Origin: Anthoceros angustus
Lineage: Eukaryota > Plantae > Anthocerotophyta
Assembly: GCA_010909165.1 (NCBI GenBank)
Contig: MU008192.1
Location: 248,001-312,000, forward strand
DNA length: 64,000 nt
Direction of reading: 5' to 3'
The translations under genes and the position numbers were made by a program. The notes under the pieces are model-generated. The model did not search any database and was not told the DNA's origin. It saw only the letters and a program-made list of their open reading frames with translations. This document shows, piece by piece, positions 1-13,668 of this stretch. Within the stretch, counting starts at the first letter, position 1. Every line of letters begins with the position of its first letter.

Positions 1-199
1 ATCAGCCTAATCAACCAAACTCAGAGATGAATTTTCAGGCTGCACATGATCCCTTACCTCTTCGCCGTTCAGCCAAGCCGCATAGACCTAGATCTGAATG
101 GTTTGAGCCTCCTTATGTACCAAGCGATAGTTTTGTTTCTTGCCCAAGCTATAGTGCGATGGTAAGCGGACAATGTGCCTCCCTAACACAAATGGCACA

Positions 200-1375
200 C
201 CACATGGCATTGCTATGGAGCCACGGATACTCCTATGACTTATAAAAGAAGCACTCTCATCACCGCAAAAGGCGAATGAAAAGGCTATAGGCGGTGAATA
301 CGGTCCTTGATAGAAAACAAGACGTGGAAACTAGTAAAATTACCTGCAGGACGTAAGGCTATTTCGTCTAAATGGGTCTTTAAATTAAAGCTCGACCCTG
401 ATGGGACAGTAACTCGTTATAAAGCCCGTTTAGTAGCCCGTTGACACACACAAGTTCAGGGACTTGACTACGATGAAACATTCAGTCCAGTGTTTAAACC
501 AACATCCATGTGCATCCTGCTTTGTTATGCCATCCAGACCCATCTATTAGTCCACCAAATGGACGTTAAGACAGCTTTCTTGAATGGACCACTAGACACA
601 GTTATTTTCATGCAGCAGCCGGAAGGATACATTCTGGACCCTTCTCTGGTCTGCGAACTGCTCCAATCCTTATACGGGCTTAAGCAATCAGCCCGCATTT
701 GGAACGATAGGGCTGCCGCAAAACTCAAGGCATTAGGTTTTGTGCCACTAACTGCTGATTGCAGTGTATTCATTCTGCGAACAGCACAAGACTTGTGTAT
801 TATTGCGTTATATGTAGATGATAATTTCATCTTTGCCAGCAGCCAGGAAGTCATGACCAGGATTAAGAAGAACTTATCTGATGAGTGGGACATGACGGAT
901 GTCGGTCCTCTTCGATTTGCCCTTGGGATACAGTTCCACTTTAATCCAATAGACTCCTCAGTAACCCTGCACCAGGAACATTTTATCAAGCAGATACTAA
1001 CCAAGTTCAAGTTAGAAGATATAAATCCAGTTGGTACACCTGTTGCGGCAGGTGAGAAATTATCTTTACAGGACTTGAGGTCGTCGGTAGCCTCCTCTAC
1101 TTGGCAGGATGGACACGACCTGATATATCACAAGCAACAAGGATTGTATCAAGATATCTATCTAATCCGGGCAAACGTCATTGGGTAGCTGTTAAAAGAA
1201 TCCTACTCTATCTCAAAGGGACCAGAGACTTATGGCTAAAATACACCAAGGCCACAAATTTTATCCTAACCTGCTACTCGGATGCAGATTGGGCAGGCGA
1301 TGTTGATGGTCGAAAATCAATTGTAGCTTACTGCACCTTGCTCTGTGGATCAGCAGTAAGTTGGCCCTGCCACCT
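200..1375 (+). mobile_element. Ty1/Copia pol remnant (RT and start of RNase H), degenerate
   Basis: [16 protein letters not shown] followed by TGA at 442-444; QMDVKTAFLNG, LYGLKQS and YVDD in ORF 490..1188; TRPDI, HWVAVKRILLYLKGT and YSDADWAGD in ORF 1101..1613. Homology ends near 1375. Confidence 0.9.
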
Positions 1376-2035
1376 GCAAACCCAGCACACATGTTATACA
1401 CGGCCACAGGAGAGACCAGCACACTGGACAAGGCCACAAGACAGATTCATCACAGGACGCACCTGCAGCACCCTGGAGGAAGCTCAACTACGATCTAATC
1501 AGTGTGCAGCAGCGGCAAATCCTCACCAATCCTTTTTCTTCTTCACGGCGATATGCCATTTGATGCGGGGCGTGGTACCCATGCCTCTCAGGCGAGACTC
1601 AGCGGTCGTATAATGGTGCCTCTCTTGCGCTGCGAGCAGGCGGCCTTCGCCACCTTCACCCGATCTAATTGTGGCGGCGACCATGTGATGTGGTGCGAGT
1701 AGCCGAGATCGGATCACACACACCATCGGGGAGCGGCAATAAGCCGGGCGGATCGGGGATCGCGCTGCCACAGCGCTCCCGCGCTTACATAGCGGCCGCG
1801 ACGCCTGCGGCGCTGGCCACCATCTCACGCCCGGCTTGCTGGCGGCCATCCCGTGATCGAGTTTTGGCCGTCCCAATGATCGAGTTTTCGCGGCCGTCCA
1901 CGAGCGGTCGAAGCCAGTCCTCAATCCCAGTGGATAAGGCATGGCCCGCCCGATATTTCATATATCATTTTTTTACCACCCTTGCGGTTTACCTATGATC
2001 ATTACCATAATTACCAAGGTTAGGACTGAGAGGGG

Positions 2036-2319
2036 TATTAAATAATAGGTTTATTATTATTAGTCCAGCCCTAACTTAATAATTATAAATAGGTTTAGAG
2101 GTGAAGTTGAAACGTTATTCTTGAACGTCATTAAGTTTAGGTCTTGTAGTTTCATTTTAGGGTTTTGATTCGGTTACGACTCTTCACACACTTTCTTGTA
2201 CCTTTTCCAACCTCACCATAATTCATTCTCTCATGTGCTAAGAATTGCGTAATCTTCTAGGCTGTGATCATGTTACTATAACTTTTTAGGAACTGCTTCT
2301 TGAGGGATTCTTTAAAAGA
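2036..2319 (+). repeat. Possible 3' LTR remnant of the preceding Copia, interrupted by another LTR
   Basis: AT-rich block starting TATT directly after the purine tract GAGAGGGG (2028-2035) and cut at 2320 by the minus-strand LTR. No second copy in the window. Confidence 0.3.
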
Positions 2320-2606
2320 TGTTCAGTCTATGGTTGTATGTGTTTGGTTACCCTGGGCAACGTTAACGATTTAATAGGACTATGTAGATCAATTAAACAT
2401 ATAAATGAATAATTACATTGTATCAATAAAGAAAGAAAAGGGTTGATTAATTAAACATGAAAAGACAACTTAACTTAAACCCAAAAGCTACATCTATTCA
2501 ACCTAGGAACACAACCCTAATGAAAAGGTATGACTATTGATATTCTATCCCAGGTAGATATTATTCACCGTGTCATAAATGGTCAGCACTCATATTCACT
2601 TCAACA
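2320..2606 (-). repeat. Copia 3' LTR (287 bp)
   Basis: Minus strand reads TGTTGAAG...CTGAACA (TG..CA), preceded by PPT AAGAGGGAG (2607-2615). Shares TTTAAGTT..GTTGTCTTTTCA with the LTR of the 11155-20148 element. Confidence 0.75.
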
Positions 2607-2821
2607 CTCCCTCTTGTTGATCATTTCGGTGGGTGAGAGTGTTTCTTCCCCTGCAATGCTTATTGATTACGTGGAGTCGTCGCCAGCCGCTCCACGCCCC
2701 ATGGCGATACTTTCCACTATTTAACAAGCCAGGCTAGCAGGAGACCATTATCGGTCAGGTGTGCTATGCTCCTGACCTTAGTCTTTCTGCTGTCTCTTTC
2801 GAGCGTAAGCTCACCTTCACT

Positions 2822-3370
2822 ATGTCGTCTTCTTTAAAGAGCCAGCTGCCCAAGCGCCAGCACCACAGGGACCACCTCGGTCGTTTTGCGAGAAAAGCGT
2901 GTCGGTGGGACTGCCTCACCGTCCCTCTCTGTGGCTGGTCTGTTGAAACAGGCTCCTAAGAGCAGCGATGCCCTAGGGGAGCGACCAGCAGCGCCCTTAG
3001 GGCAGGAGGCGGACAAACCACCAACATGGGCGGTCCTTCAAGGCAGGCTGCTGTAGAGCAAGATAAGGGCCTTGGCCAAAGCTCTCGCCACTAGCAAAAG
3101 GTTCGTTACTCATGATTTTGCCTATTCTGACGACGAGTCCTCGCCTCCAATCCCTTTCAAGTTCCCAAAGCACAAGCGGTATGAAGAAACACAGTTGTGA
3201 GTGGCAGCGATGAGCACCGGGCACACACATGCAGTGCATTGCCATGACACCGACAAGCTCGATGAAGCGCCCACGCGTTCCTTGCTGCAAAAGTATAAAG
3301 GGACGCGTCGTGAGCTTCTCTGATGAAGTGTCTTCCTTGATTTCTTTGAATCTGTCTCAGCACATGTCTT
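2822..3370 (+). pseudogene. Disrupted antisense accessory ORF in the Copia 3' region
   Basis: MSSS..RDHLGRFAR, then PRGATSSAL..NMGGP past a stop in the same frame. Matches MSSS..RDSQGRFAR..PRGTTNAAL..TMGAP at 19629-19380. Confidence 0.55.
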
Positions 3371-5048
3371 AGTCTATCCTTACTGACTAGCTCCCACTGG
3401 TTGTCCACAGGGTTTGCTCGAACGAAAGCTTCTCTTCACCAACTGAGCCTGATTCCGAGAATCCTGTAGAGGAGAGTAGCTCGGAGTCCATCTCCTTAAG
3501 GTCTGGAGACGAAAGGTCATATAGCTATCAATCTAACTACTCTGGCCACTCTAGCTACTAGCCAGCTAGGGCTTCTTAGTTCGGCTGAGGAAGTCCTCTA
3601 ACTTCCCCAAGCCAAGACTTTGGACATGTTGCTGCGCTCTTTTTAGAGCTTTCGTCCTTTCTGTGGGTTGTCTTGTGTTGCCACATATTCGAGAGCAATC
3701 GTTCCTGCCTTTACTAAATCTCTTATGTAGTGCCACCTCCACATGCTTTGTGCGTGAGAGGAATACAGGGTTCTTGGCCAAGGCAATTGATCCTTGGTTG
3801 TCTATATGTATTGTTGTACAGGTAGGCAGTGGTATCCCAAGCTCCTCAAATAGCAGCTTACACCAAACGATCTCCTTTGCAGCAGCTGTGAGTACTCTGT
3901 ACTCAGCTTTAGTCCTAGAGAGTGCCACAATTGGCTGCTTCTTGCTTATCGGTCCACCAGCAACAGAGATAACATACCCGAAGACTGATCTTCTGCTTTC
4001 AACATCTTCAGCATAGTCAGAGTCTGTGAAGACTTCCAGGTCAAGTGATTTGCTTTTCTCATACTGATACTTGATGCCTACGTATGGCGTTCCTTTTAGG
4101 TATCGAAAATCTCTCTTGAGGCTAATCCAATGCTCCGGACCTGGGTTTTCCAGGAACTGTGATAAGGCACTAATGGAATACGCTATCTCCAACCTGGTTG
4201 TGTTGGATGCATAGATAAGTTTTCCTCCACCCTGTCGGTAGGGTATATTAGACATCTGGTCCCTCTGTGCTTGCGTGATTGGTGACATACTTTTACTAAG
4301 TTTGAGTCCTGTGGGCAGCGGTGTTGCTGCAGGCTTTGCATCTTTCAAGCCCATGTCGCGCCATAGCCACATAGTAGTCATGGGCACTCACACTATCCTA
4401 CCAAGGTAATTGTCAAACAACTTAATCATTTGTTTGCGGACCTCCGTGACTCACAACCGTGACTAAGTGAACTATTATGACATCCGCACAATGATAGCTG
4501 CAAATGGCAAAAATCCACTCTACTTCAAGTGATCACCGTCTCGTGCACACATCACCGCTGGAATCACACACAAGATGCTTGAAAACGCTTGGGACCTGTA
4601 TAGCTGTTCTCATGAACCAGACATCAACAATCCGCAGTCAATGACGGATTGCTTGCTTTTGTAGCCTACACCGCCGCCGGTCTTAATCACCGGCCCGGAT
4701 TCCGAAGAGCCATCAGCACGCCCGCACACCCGGAAAGATCTTCGTCGCTAAGCCTTAATTGCGCTTGTCCGTGCTCCGCATGGATGGCTCATGCTGCCAA
4801 GATGTCCATCCCACATCTACATACATGCTACCTATCATGCCATCACATCTCAATCACATGTATGCAGTCATGGTCTATGCATCGCCTCTCCTCACATACT
4901 CATACTAAACACACACACACACTCATCGTCGCACCCTACACACTGCCTGACTATCTAGACCTCTACATGCCATAACAGTTGTCGCACAGACGCATAGCGG
5001 TCATGGGCACTCACACTATCCTACCAAGGTAATTGTCAAACAACTTAA

Positions 5049-6930
5049 TCATTTGTTTGCAGACCTCCATGACTCACAACCGTGACTAAGTGAGCTACTA
5101 TGACATCCGCTGATAGCTGCAAATGGCCCCCCTGCCAAAGTTGGGGCTGCACAAGAAACACTGGGTTTGAAGCACCACTTTGGACATTCATATGCTAGAA
5201 TCTTGATTAAAACCTCGAGCATGGCTTCCAGCTGTGGTTCGGATGGTGCATCGTGCTCTGTTCTCCGCCCAGCGGCCACCGATCCTCAGGTCAAAGTACT
5301 CATCCAGTTGCGCTTTGCCCAATCGTGCACGTTCCTTTGCTCGATGTCGAGCCATCAGCTCCTCTTCTTCATCATTGTCGAGTTCAGTCTTCACCCTGGG
5401 CAACTGTGGACCGTTCAAACCATTCACATAATATTGTTTTTCGATGCACTGAGCCCTGAGAAAATCCCCCACATTGTCATTGAGCAAGTACCAAGATTCC
5501 AAAGTGGCCTCGTCCCATTCCAACACTCCTGTGCGCAGACAAGCAAACACCCTGTAGAAGGCTCGTGGATAACCTATGGCAAAACGACCCGCTTTTTCTC
5601 TATGCAAATGACTGAGCCACACTTTCAAACTCCGCAAATCAGCTGGTTTCTCCTTGTGTTTGTACACCAGAAACCCTTCTTTAGGCCAATGATGAAACAC
5701 CTGATGCATAAACAAGTGATGCTCCAGCTTTCGAAATGCTCCTTCACAATAACTAGTCCACACAAATCTTTGTCTGCTCATGCCCCTACACCTTTGCACG
5801 ACTATCTAGACCTCTACATGCCATAGCAGTTGTCGCACAGACGCATAGCGGTCATGGGCACTCACACTATCCTACCAAGGTAATTGTCAAACAACTTAAT
5901 CATTTGTTTGCAGACCTCCATGACTCACAACCGTGACTAAGTGAGCTACTATGACATCCGCACAATGATAGCTGCAAATGGCCCCCCTGCCAAAGTTGGG
6001 GCTGCACAAGAAACGAACTGTTCAGTTTGAAGCACCACTTTGGACATTCATATGCCGTAGAATCTTCGGTAAAACCTCCGGAGCATGGCTTCCCTGAGCT
6101 GTGGTTCAGATGGTCTGTCGTGCTCTGTTCCCCCTGTAATAAAGCGGCCACACGCCGATCCTCTGGGTCAAAGTACTCATCCAGTTGCGCTTTGCCCAAT
6201 CGTGCACGTTCCTTTGCTCGATGTCGAGCCATCAGCTCCTCTTCTTCATCATTGTCGAGTTCAGTCTTCACCCTGGGCAACTGTGGACCGTTCAAACCAT
6301 TCACATAATATTGTTTTTCGATGCACTGAGCCCTGAGAAAATCCCCCACATTGTCATTGAGCAAGTACCAAGATTCCAAAGTGGCCTCGTCCCATTCCAA
6401 CACTGCATGGCACAAGCAAACACCACAGAGAAGGCTCGTGGATAACCTATGGCAAAACGACCCGCTTTTTCTCTATGCAAATGACTGAGCCACACTTTCA
6501 AACTCCGCAAATCAGCTGGTTTCTCCTTGTGTTTGTACACCAGAAACCCTTCTTTAGGCCAATGATGAAACACCTGATGCATAAACAAGTGATGCTCCAG
6601 CTTTCGAAATGCTCCTTCACAATAACTAGTCCACACAAATCTTTGTCTGCTCATGCCCCTACCTGCCAACTCAAAAAGGTCTTGATGATCATAAGGGAAA
6701 TTTTCAATGCTGCAGGTTTCATGATGCGATTCCATATACAGCAAAAGTGCTTGTAATTCCAGAAATGTCCTAGGCCGTTCGGGCTTGCCAGGTTGATATT
6801 TCCTCACCAAAGGTGTCTTCCATTTGTCTTCCCAAGGTCTGTCAGGAAATTGTGGAACACTAGTGTTCATCCTGCGAAAACATGATTTGCAAGTGTGGTC
6901 CGCCTCGAGATCAATGTTAGCAGTCCTATG
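5049..6930 (-). pseudogene. Unknown-function TE-associated ORF (about 270+ aa), one near-complete and one partial tandem copy
   Basis: Overlapping ORFs 6301..6870, 5900..6415 and 5188..5799 give a continuous protein from LEADHTCKSC to RLGKAQLDEYFDP. A diverged homologue lies at 57330-58783. Confidence 0.65.
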
Positions 6931-7679
6931 CCAGATTGATGGTTAAACCACTGCTTCGATACTCACAAAATTGGATGATTGGTGCCTTCAGTGATTACCG
7001 AACTATCAAGCTAATTCCAGCTAACTCTCTGAAGGTGAGTGATACGCAGCCAGTGATTTCGCAAGGCGAGCAGCAAGCTTCATATCCAACGCGTCCTACC
7101 CTGATCGTGCTAGCGTCGAAGTGACTTGGTCTCAATCTTGTCCCAACTCACGCATCATCCATCTGTGTGTGTGTTGTCGCGTCTGCCCCAGACAGGTTAC
7201 TCCCGTTGCACTCCTCGCACTCGCGCTTAGGTGCCTGGCGCCGCGACCACTGTGAGAATTTTGCCTCAAATCACCTGTCCCACTGAGGGTAGTCTCTCCT
7301 AGCACCGTCCGTTGCTCCGAATTGCCTAGGGTCCACAATTTCAATTCACATGCACTGGCAGCAACCAGGCTGACACTTGACTGTGAGTTCAAGCTTCAGC
7401 GCGTGCTCCACACTTGCTCGATCGTCCTACTCCTGCAAGTCGCAATGAATCACTGCCAACTAGCTGGATCAGGCTGCCACACTTTATTCATCGCCCACAC
7501 ACGGGTTGTGGGCGTGACCAATCTCACCTCTCACATCCACTGTTGACTCACTGTAACTCATTCGTTTACCTCCATGCATCACCACCTGACGGGTGGTGCA
7601 ACAACACAAAATACCTGAATTCTCTCTAGCAAATCGCTCCTCCCTTCCCTGCTAGTTCTTACGTTACTCGCCGCGTACT

Positions 7680-10600
7680 CGCTTTGCACACCTGTCGCCC
7701 CACAACCCGTGTACTAAAAAGAAATGGGCTTTATAGGCCTAACCCTCTTACTGAAGTTCGTTCCTCACGCCCATATCGTGAGCATGCATTCCACTTGGCC
7801 CCCCAGCTTGTTTTCGCCCTAACCTTTCTGTCGAGCACTTGTGACAGAACCACTCACCTTCTGGAATCACCTTCAGTGGTGGCCGAAGGCAAAATACGTG
7901 ATGTCCTTGGTTACACTGGTCGCACAATAGTATCAGTTCCGGGCCGGTGACCTGGCCACAGTGTTCACAGGGCAGGTCAATAGGTGGCTTCCATGCTTGG
8001 GGTTGCGTGCGCATATCAAGGTTCGGCAAATGGCATGGGGCCAGATGTCGCATGTGTTCCTTGCATCGGCGCCGATCACGCCTTCCAACTCAACGACCCC
8101 TTGCTCACCGATGTTCACTACTCGCAAAATCAGTCGTCCTGTGCTCACATCCAAAGTGCTAGAAGGCGATCTTTGAAGAGTACGAAGTCACCCGGCAATT
8201 TGGCTTCCATGATTCTCCTCGAGTGAATGCATACCTCAACTGATCTCGGTGTTGTGCGATAGCTAGGTTATCCATTGCCATTGGTATCACACGTTGTAAC
8301 AATTTGGCCCTGTTCTGTAACTCTGAGAAACATTCATTCACATTTTGTGCCCAATTCACGGTTTGGAATACGTGTCGGCTACTATGTTTTGTGTCTGCGT
8401 TCTGCCAAACATGATATAATAGGGGCTGAAGTTGCCTAACGCTTGTTGACGGTCAGAGCCCAAGGCAACATACGGTAGCAGCTCATCCCAACAATTGGGC
8501 TCGACCTCCGTGCGATGCCCCGAAGAGCATCTTTGAAAGTTTGCACCAGGCTTTCGGCCAAACCATCCACTTGAGGGTGGTCTCGTGACGTCTCTGATCT
8601 ATCAAATTCCTATCCAACAATGCTTGAAACTCACCCGAATTCGTTCCTTGATCATCAATACCTCGCAGCTTCCATATCTACCGAACACCGGAGAAATGCC
8701 CGGCACTGTCGAGAGGTTCTAGCTAGGAAATGCCAGCTCCACCCACTTGGAGAAATGTTCTATCATGAGCATGCAATGCTTGTTGCCTTGCTTGGTCAAT
8801 GGTAGCTCAAGATAAGATCAACGGACCACCGGAAGAACAATCCCGGATGGGAAGTGAATGCAACACCACGTCTGGTGTTGAACCTTGCCTTGACATCACA
8901 AGCGGCACCTACGCCACCACTCGTTTGACATCGGCATACATTCCGGACCAAAAGTATGCACTCTTGCATGTGATGTCTTCACTTGAAATGTCCAAGTGTC
9001 TTGTGCACCTTGCTCACTATCCTGTTCTCGTTCCTCTATGGGAGGCACCTCTTTACTCATCCCATGATCATCACAAACAACACGTAACGCATGGTCTTCC
9101 GTCAATCTACCTTATGCATCGATCCAACTACCTATCCATCCCTCAATCATGTATAGAATGTGTTCCATATGTCTCGTCCGCCCCGAGTTGCCCACCTCCT
9201 TCCCCGCGGCCATGAGGCCATATTCATGCTTGGCATATAATGAGCATGCATTCCACTTGGCCCCCCAGCTTGTTTTCGCCCTAACCTTTCTGTCGAGCAC
9301 TTGTGACAGAACCACTCACCTTCTGGAATCACCTTCAGTGGTGGCCGAAGGCAAAATACGTGATGTCCTTGGTTACACTGGTCGCACAATAGTATCAGTT
9401 CCGGGCCGGTGACCTGGCCACAGTGTTCACAGGGCAGGTCAATAGGTGGCTTCCATGCTTGGGGTTGCGTGCGCATATCAAGGTTCGGCAAATGGCATGG
9501 GGCCAGATGTCGCATGTGTTCCTTGCATCGGCGCCCGTCCTGCCCTTCCAACTCAACGACCCCTTGCTCACCGATGTTCACTACTCGCAAAATCAGTCGT
9601 CCTGTGCTCACATCCAAAGTGCTAGAAGGGCGATGCTGAAGGTACACGAAGTCACCCGCTTCGAATTTGGCTTCCATGATTCTCCTCGAGTGAATGCATA
9701 CCTCAACTGATCTCGGTGTTGTGCGATAGCTAGGTTATCCATTGCCATTGGTATCACACGTTGTAACAATTTGGCCCTGTTCTGTAACTCTGAGAAACAT
9801 TCATTCACATTTTGTGCCCAATTCACTGGTTTGGAATACGTGTCGGCTACTATGTTTGGTAATACAGCGTTCCTGCCAAACATGATATAATAGGGGCTGA
9901 AGTTGCCTAACGCTGCTTGCACGCTGATTCTGAGCCCAAGGCAACATACGGTAGCAGCTCATCCCAACAATTGGGCTCGACCTCCGTGCAGTACTTGCGA
10001 AGAGCATCTTTGAAAGTTTGCACCAGGCTTTCGGCCAAACCATCCACTTGAGGGTGGTCTCGTGACGTGCGTCTGTGATCTATCAAATTCCTATCCAACA
10101 ATGCTTGAAACTCACCCCTGAATTCGTTCCCTTGATCTGTCAATACCTCTGCACAGCTTCCATATCTACTCAGAACACACTGGAGAAATGCCCGGGCCGT
10201 GTACTGAGAGGTTCTAGCTAGGAGAAATGCCAGCTCCACCCACTTGGAGAAATGTTCTATCATGAGCATGCAATGCTTGTTGCCTTGCTTGGTCAATGGT
10301 AGCTCCGGCATAAGATCAACGGACCACCGGAAGAACAATCCCCGGATGGGAAGTGAATGCAACACCACGTCCTGGCTGTTGAACCTTGCCTTGACTGCAT
10401 CACAAGCAGCACACCTCGCCACCACTCGTTTGACATCGGCATACATTCCAGACCAAAAGTATGCACTCTTCAGCATGTGATGTGTCCGCTTCACTTCGAA
10501 ATGTCCAAGTGTCTTGTGCACCTTGCTCACTATCTGTTCTCGTTCCTCTATGGGAGGCACCTCTTTACTCATCCCATGATCTGTCACAAACAACTTGCCT

Positions 10601-11154
10601 GTGTAACGCATGGTCTTCCGTCGCAATCTCTGAATTGCTGCAGCATCCAGTCCAGCTACCTATCCATCCCTCAATAGCTGTATAGCTGACCCATGTTTCC
10701 ATATGTCTCGTCCGCCCTTCTGAGTTGCCCACCTCCTTCCTGCCCTGCGGCCATGAGGGCCATATTCATGCTTGGCATATAATGAGCATACCCGAAATTC
10801 TGTCGCGCACCAGTCGTATCCTTGTCATAGGATACTGAGTTTCTGCTAAGTCCATCGGCATCGTGGTGCACCTTTCCTGCCCGATGGAGCATGTGCATAT
10901 CATACTCTGACAGCAGTAATGCCCACCTCGCAAGCTTGCCACTTAGCTTCACGTTCATCATGAGCCAGTGTAACGGCCGGTGGTCGGTCACGAGCTGGAA
11001 GCTCCTGCCAAACAAATAGATTTTGAAGTGTAAAACTGCCCACACAGCAGCTAGACATTCAGTTTGTCAAAGTCAGGCCTCTTGAGCATGGGCTTTTCTG
11101 ATAGTTGTGCCTTCAATTCCTGCCAAGCATGTTCATGTTTCTGCTCCCACTGCC
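7680..11154 (-). mobile_element. Ty3/Gypsy family A: RNase H, integrase, C-terminal PHD finger (integrase-PHD part duplicated at 7750-9130)
   Basis: RNase H FQLVTDHRPL..LARWALLL; integrase HKTLGHF..CAAC, WSVDL, TDQG, DGLAE; PHD CEHC..LLCDQC..HVFC..WFCHKC at 9297-9431 and 7835-7969. Confidence 0.92.
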
Positions 11155-11409
11155 TGTTAAGATATATTGTTGAGTCATATGTACGTGAATTAGGTATATA
11201 TTAATATACCAAGTACACATTTATAGGGGTAGCTATAATAAATAGTTTAAGTACCCTTGGCTAGGTTACAACCCTTGTGAAACGTTATGTCGTTTAAGTT
11301 CTAGTTTAAGTTGTCTTTTCAGCATAAGCACTCTTGGTTCTTTTCTTGAACACAATGTAATATGTAATTGCTTAATTGTAATTGATCTATATCAAACCCA
11401 TATTTTATA
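11155..11409 (+). repeat. 5' LTR (TG..TA ends)
   Basis: TGTTAAGAT...CATATTTTATA, followed by the PBS. Confidence 0.95.
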
Positions 11410-11421
11410 TGGTATCAGAGC
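11410..11421 (+). promoter_or_regulatory. Primer-binding site complementary to initiator tRNA-Met
   Basis: TGGTATCAGAGC directly after the LTR; repeated at 13244-13255. Confidence 0.9.
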
Positions 11422-12985
11422 AATCTGATATAGATTGCATCTAGGCAGATGCACATAGAAAATGTGCATTTAAAAATGTGCATTTCATATATGCTTTGTT
11501 GTTTCTTGATTGCAAATAGAAGTTAAATCAAGAAAACAAAATGTATATAAAGAAGATGTTTTGTATTACATTTTTCTGCTGTTTTCTCTATTAGAGACCC
11601 GGCCGATCTAGGTAGTAGAACCTAGGTACCTCCTTCAGACCTTTTCCAAAAGACGATGAAATATCCTAGGACAAGCACGATCTGCAGCATAGAAAATCTA
11701 AAATAGAATGCATACAAATGCACGTGCTTACTAAAGCATGCCGATGAATGGCCAATAATCCGCGGACGCACCGAGTGGCCTGCACACGAGGTGCTAAGAT
11801 GGTTAGCAAGGAGGAGATCCAATCTGCCTCAAGATCAACCAGGCCCGGGTGCTAGGGCATCAAATGCAGAGCGGCTCCATCACACAACGTGCCAGTGGAT
11901 TGCACGCAATCGTGATGATCACATGCAAGCCACTGAACTGCGAGAAGCCTTCAACTCAGTAATTGAGATTCTCTACCCTAATGAAAGGAACCTTCTGCTG
12001 ACTCCACCTCCCAGGAATTTCAACAATCAGCCTGAAATTCGCGTTCAACGTGCTTTCGACGGGAACGGCACTCCCAGAGGTTTTATCACTACACACGCAA
12101 CACGACACAATGTGGTTAGTGATTTAACAGAGAGAATCGAAGCACACCAGAAAAGCGTGGACAGGAAATACAGCAGTACTAACCATAGAATTTCTGCTGT
12201 TGGTGTTGACGTCCTGGATTTGAAGGAACAGATTTTGCATCTCGATTTTAAAGCTAACCTTTAAAGCGAACTACTAACATCCAAATCCAGGGAGCGCATG
12301 TAGGCACTAGCAAAACCAAAAAGGTACTAAATTCGATAGCCCAAACTCTTGTCCTTCATGTTCTACGATGCCTATAATGGTGGGAGAGCGGTATGAATCT
12401 CTAGAAATCGATCCAGTGACTGCATTACTACTGTGAATCGCAGACCGCTAACCCTACCAATCCTTTTAGAAAATAGGCAGGGGCAGCCCACCTTAGATGT
12501 AAAAGCACATCTAAACTGCCACCCACTTCAAAAGCCTTGTCTCGACAGCAGGTTAGGTCAAACAAGCACAGTCAGCCATAAATCCTAACAGTTAGGAAGA
12601 ACTAACAGAAGTTCTAAAACATGGCTGATCCTACTCCTGGGTTGAGTGATGGTGGTTTCAAAGAAAAGGATAGATTTGGGGGAGCAGACTATGACATCTG
12701 GGTCATTAGAATGCGAGGAGCATTACAAAACAAACAGTTGTGGAAATGGGCTAATGGTGAAGAGAAAATACTCGACATTATAGGCACGCCATCCATTGCT
12801 GAGAAAAAGTTGCTGGATGCGTGGTCAGTCAAGGATGAGGCAGCCCGAGTGACGGTGCTTGGACTCTGACATGCTTAGGCAAACTTCGTGCAAGAGCTCA
12901 CCACGACATCGGTCAAGGTCGGGCCTCTTGAGCATGGGCTTTTAGTTGTGCCTTCAATTCACTTAAGCATGTTCATGTTTCTCCC

Positions 12986-13243
12986 CGTTAAGATATATTG
13001 TTGAGTCATATGTACGTGAATTAGGTATATATTAATATACCAAGTACACATTTATAGGGGTAGCTATAATAAATAGTTTAAGTACCCTTGGCTAGGGGTT
13101 ACAACCCTTGTGAAACGTTATGTCGTTTAAGTTCTAGTTTAAGTTGTCTTTTCAGCATAAGCACTCTTGGTTCTTTTTCTTGAACACAATGTAATATGTA
13201 ATTGCTTAATTGTAATTGATCTATATCAAACCCATATTTTATA
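12986..13243 (+). repeat. Extra LTR copy within a 1.83-kb tandem duplication (about 11075-12910 vs 12910-14770)
   Basis: Preceded by about 80 bp of the same Gypsy flank as the 5' LTR and followed by the same PBS, leader and gag start. Confidence 0.9.
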
Positions 13244-13668
13244 TGGTATCAGAGCAATCTGATATAGATTGCATCTAGGCAGATGCACATAGAAAATGTG
13301 CATTTAAAAATGTGCATTTCATATATGCTTTGTTGTTTCTTGATTGCAAATAGAAGTTAAATCAAGAAAACAAAATGTATATAAAGAAGATGTTTTGTAT
13401 TACATTTTTCTGCTGTTTTCTCTATTAGAGACCCGGCAGATCTAGGTAGTAGAACCTAGGTACCTCCTTCAGACCTTTTCCAAAAAGATTCTGATGGAAA
13501 TATCCTAGGACAACTGCCTGATCTGCAGGCAGCCTAGAGAAAAATCTAAAATAGAATGCATACAAATGCATTCTGCTAATACAAAGCATGCCAGATGAAT
13601 GGCCAATAATCCGGCGGGACGCAATCAGTGGCAACTGCGCCCAGACACTGAGGTGCTAAGATGGTTAG

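Larger units (their letters stand above)
2320..4365 (-). mobile_element. 5'-truncated Ty1/Copia element (RT end, RNase H, 3' region, LTR), related to the 11155-20148 element
   Basis: ORF 3566..4387 has LEVFTDSDYA, EAEYR-like and KNPVFLSRTKHVEV RNase H motifs and is clearly homologous to 17990-18808. Confidence 0.9.

Noticed and set aside
9147-9677. Chromodomain at the integrase C-terminus
   Set aside because: The Cys4-His-Cys3 spacing is a PHD finger; no chromodomain aromatic-cage pattern is visible.
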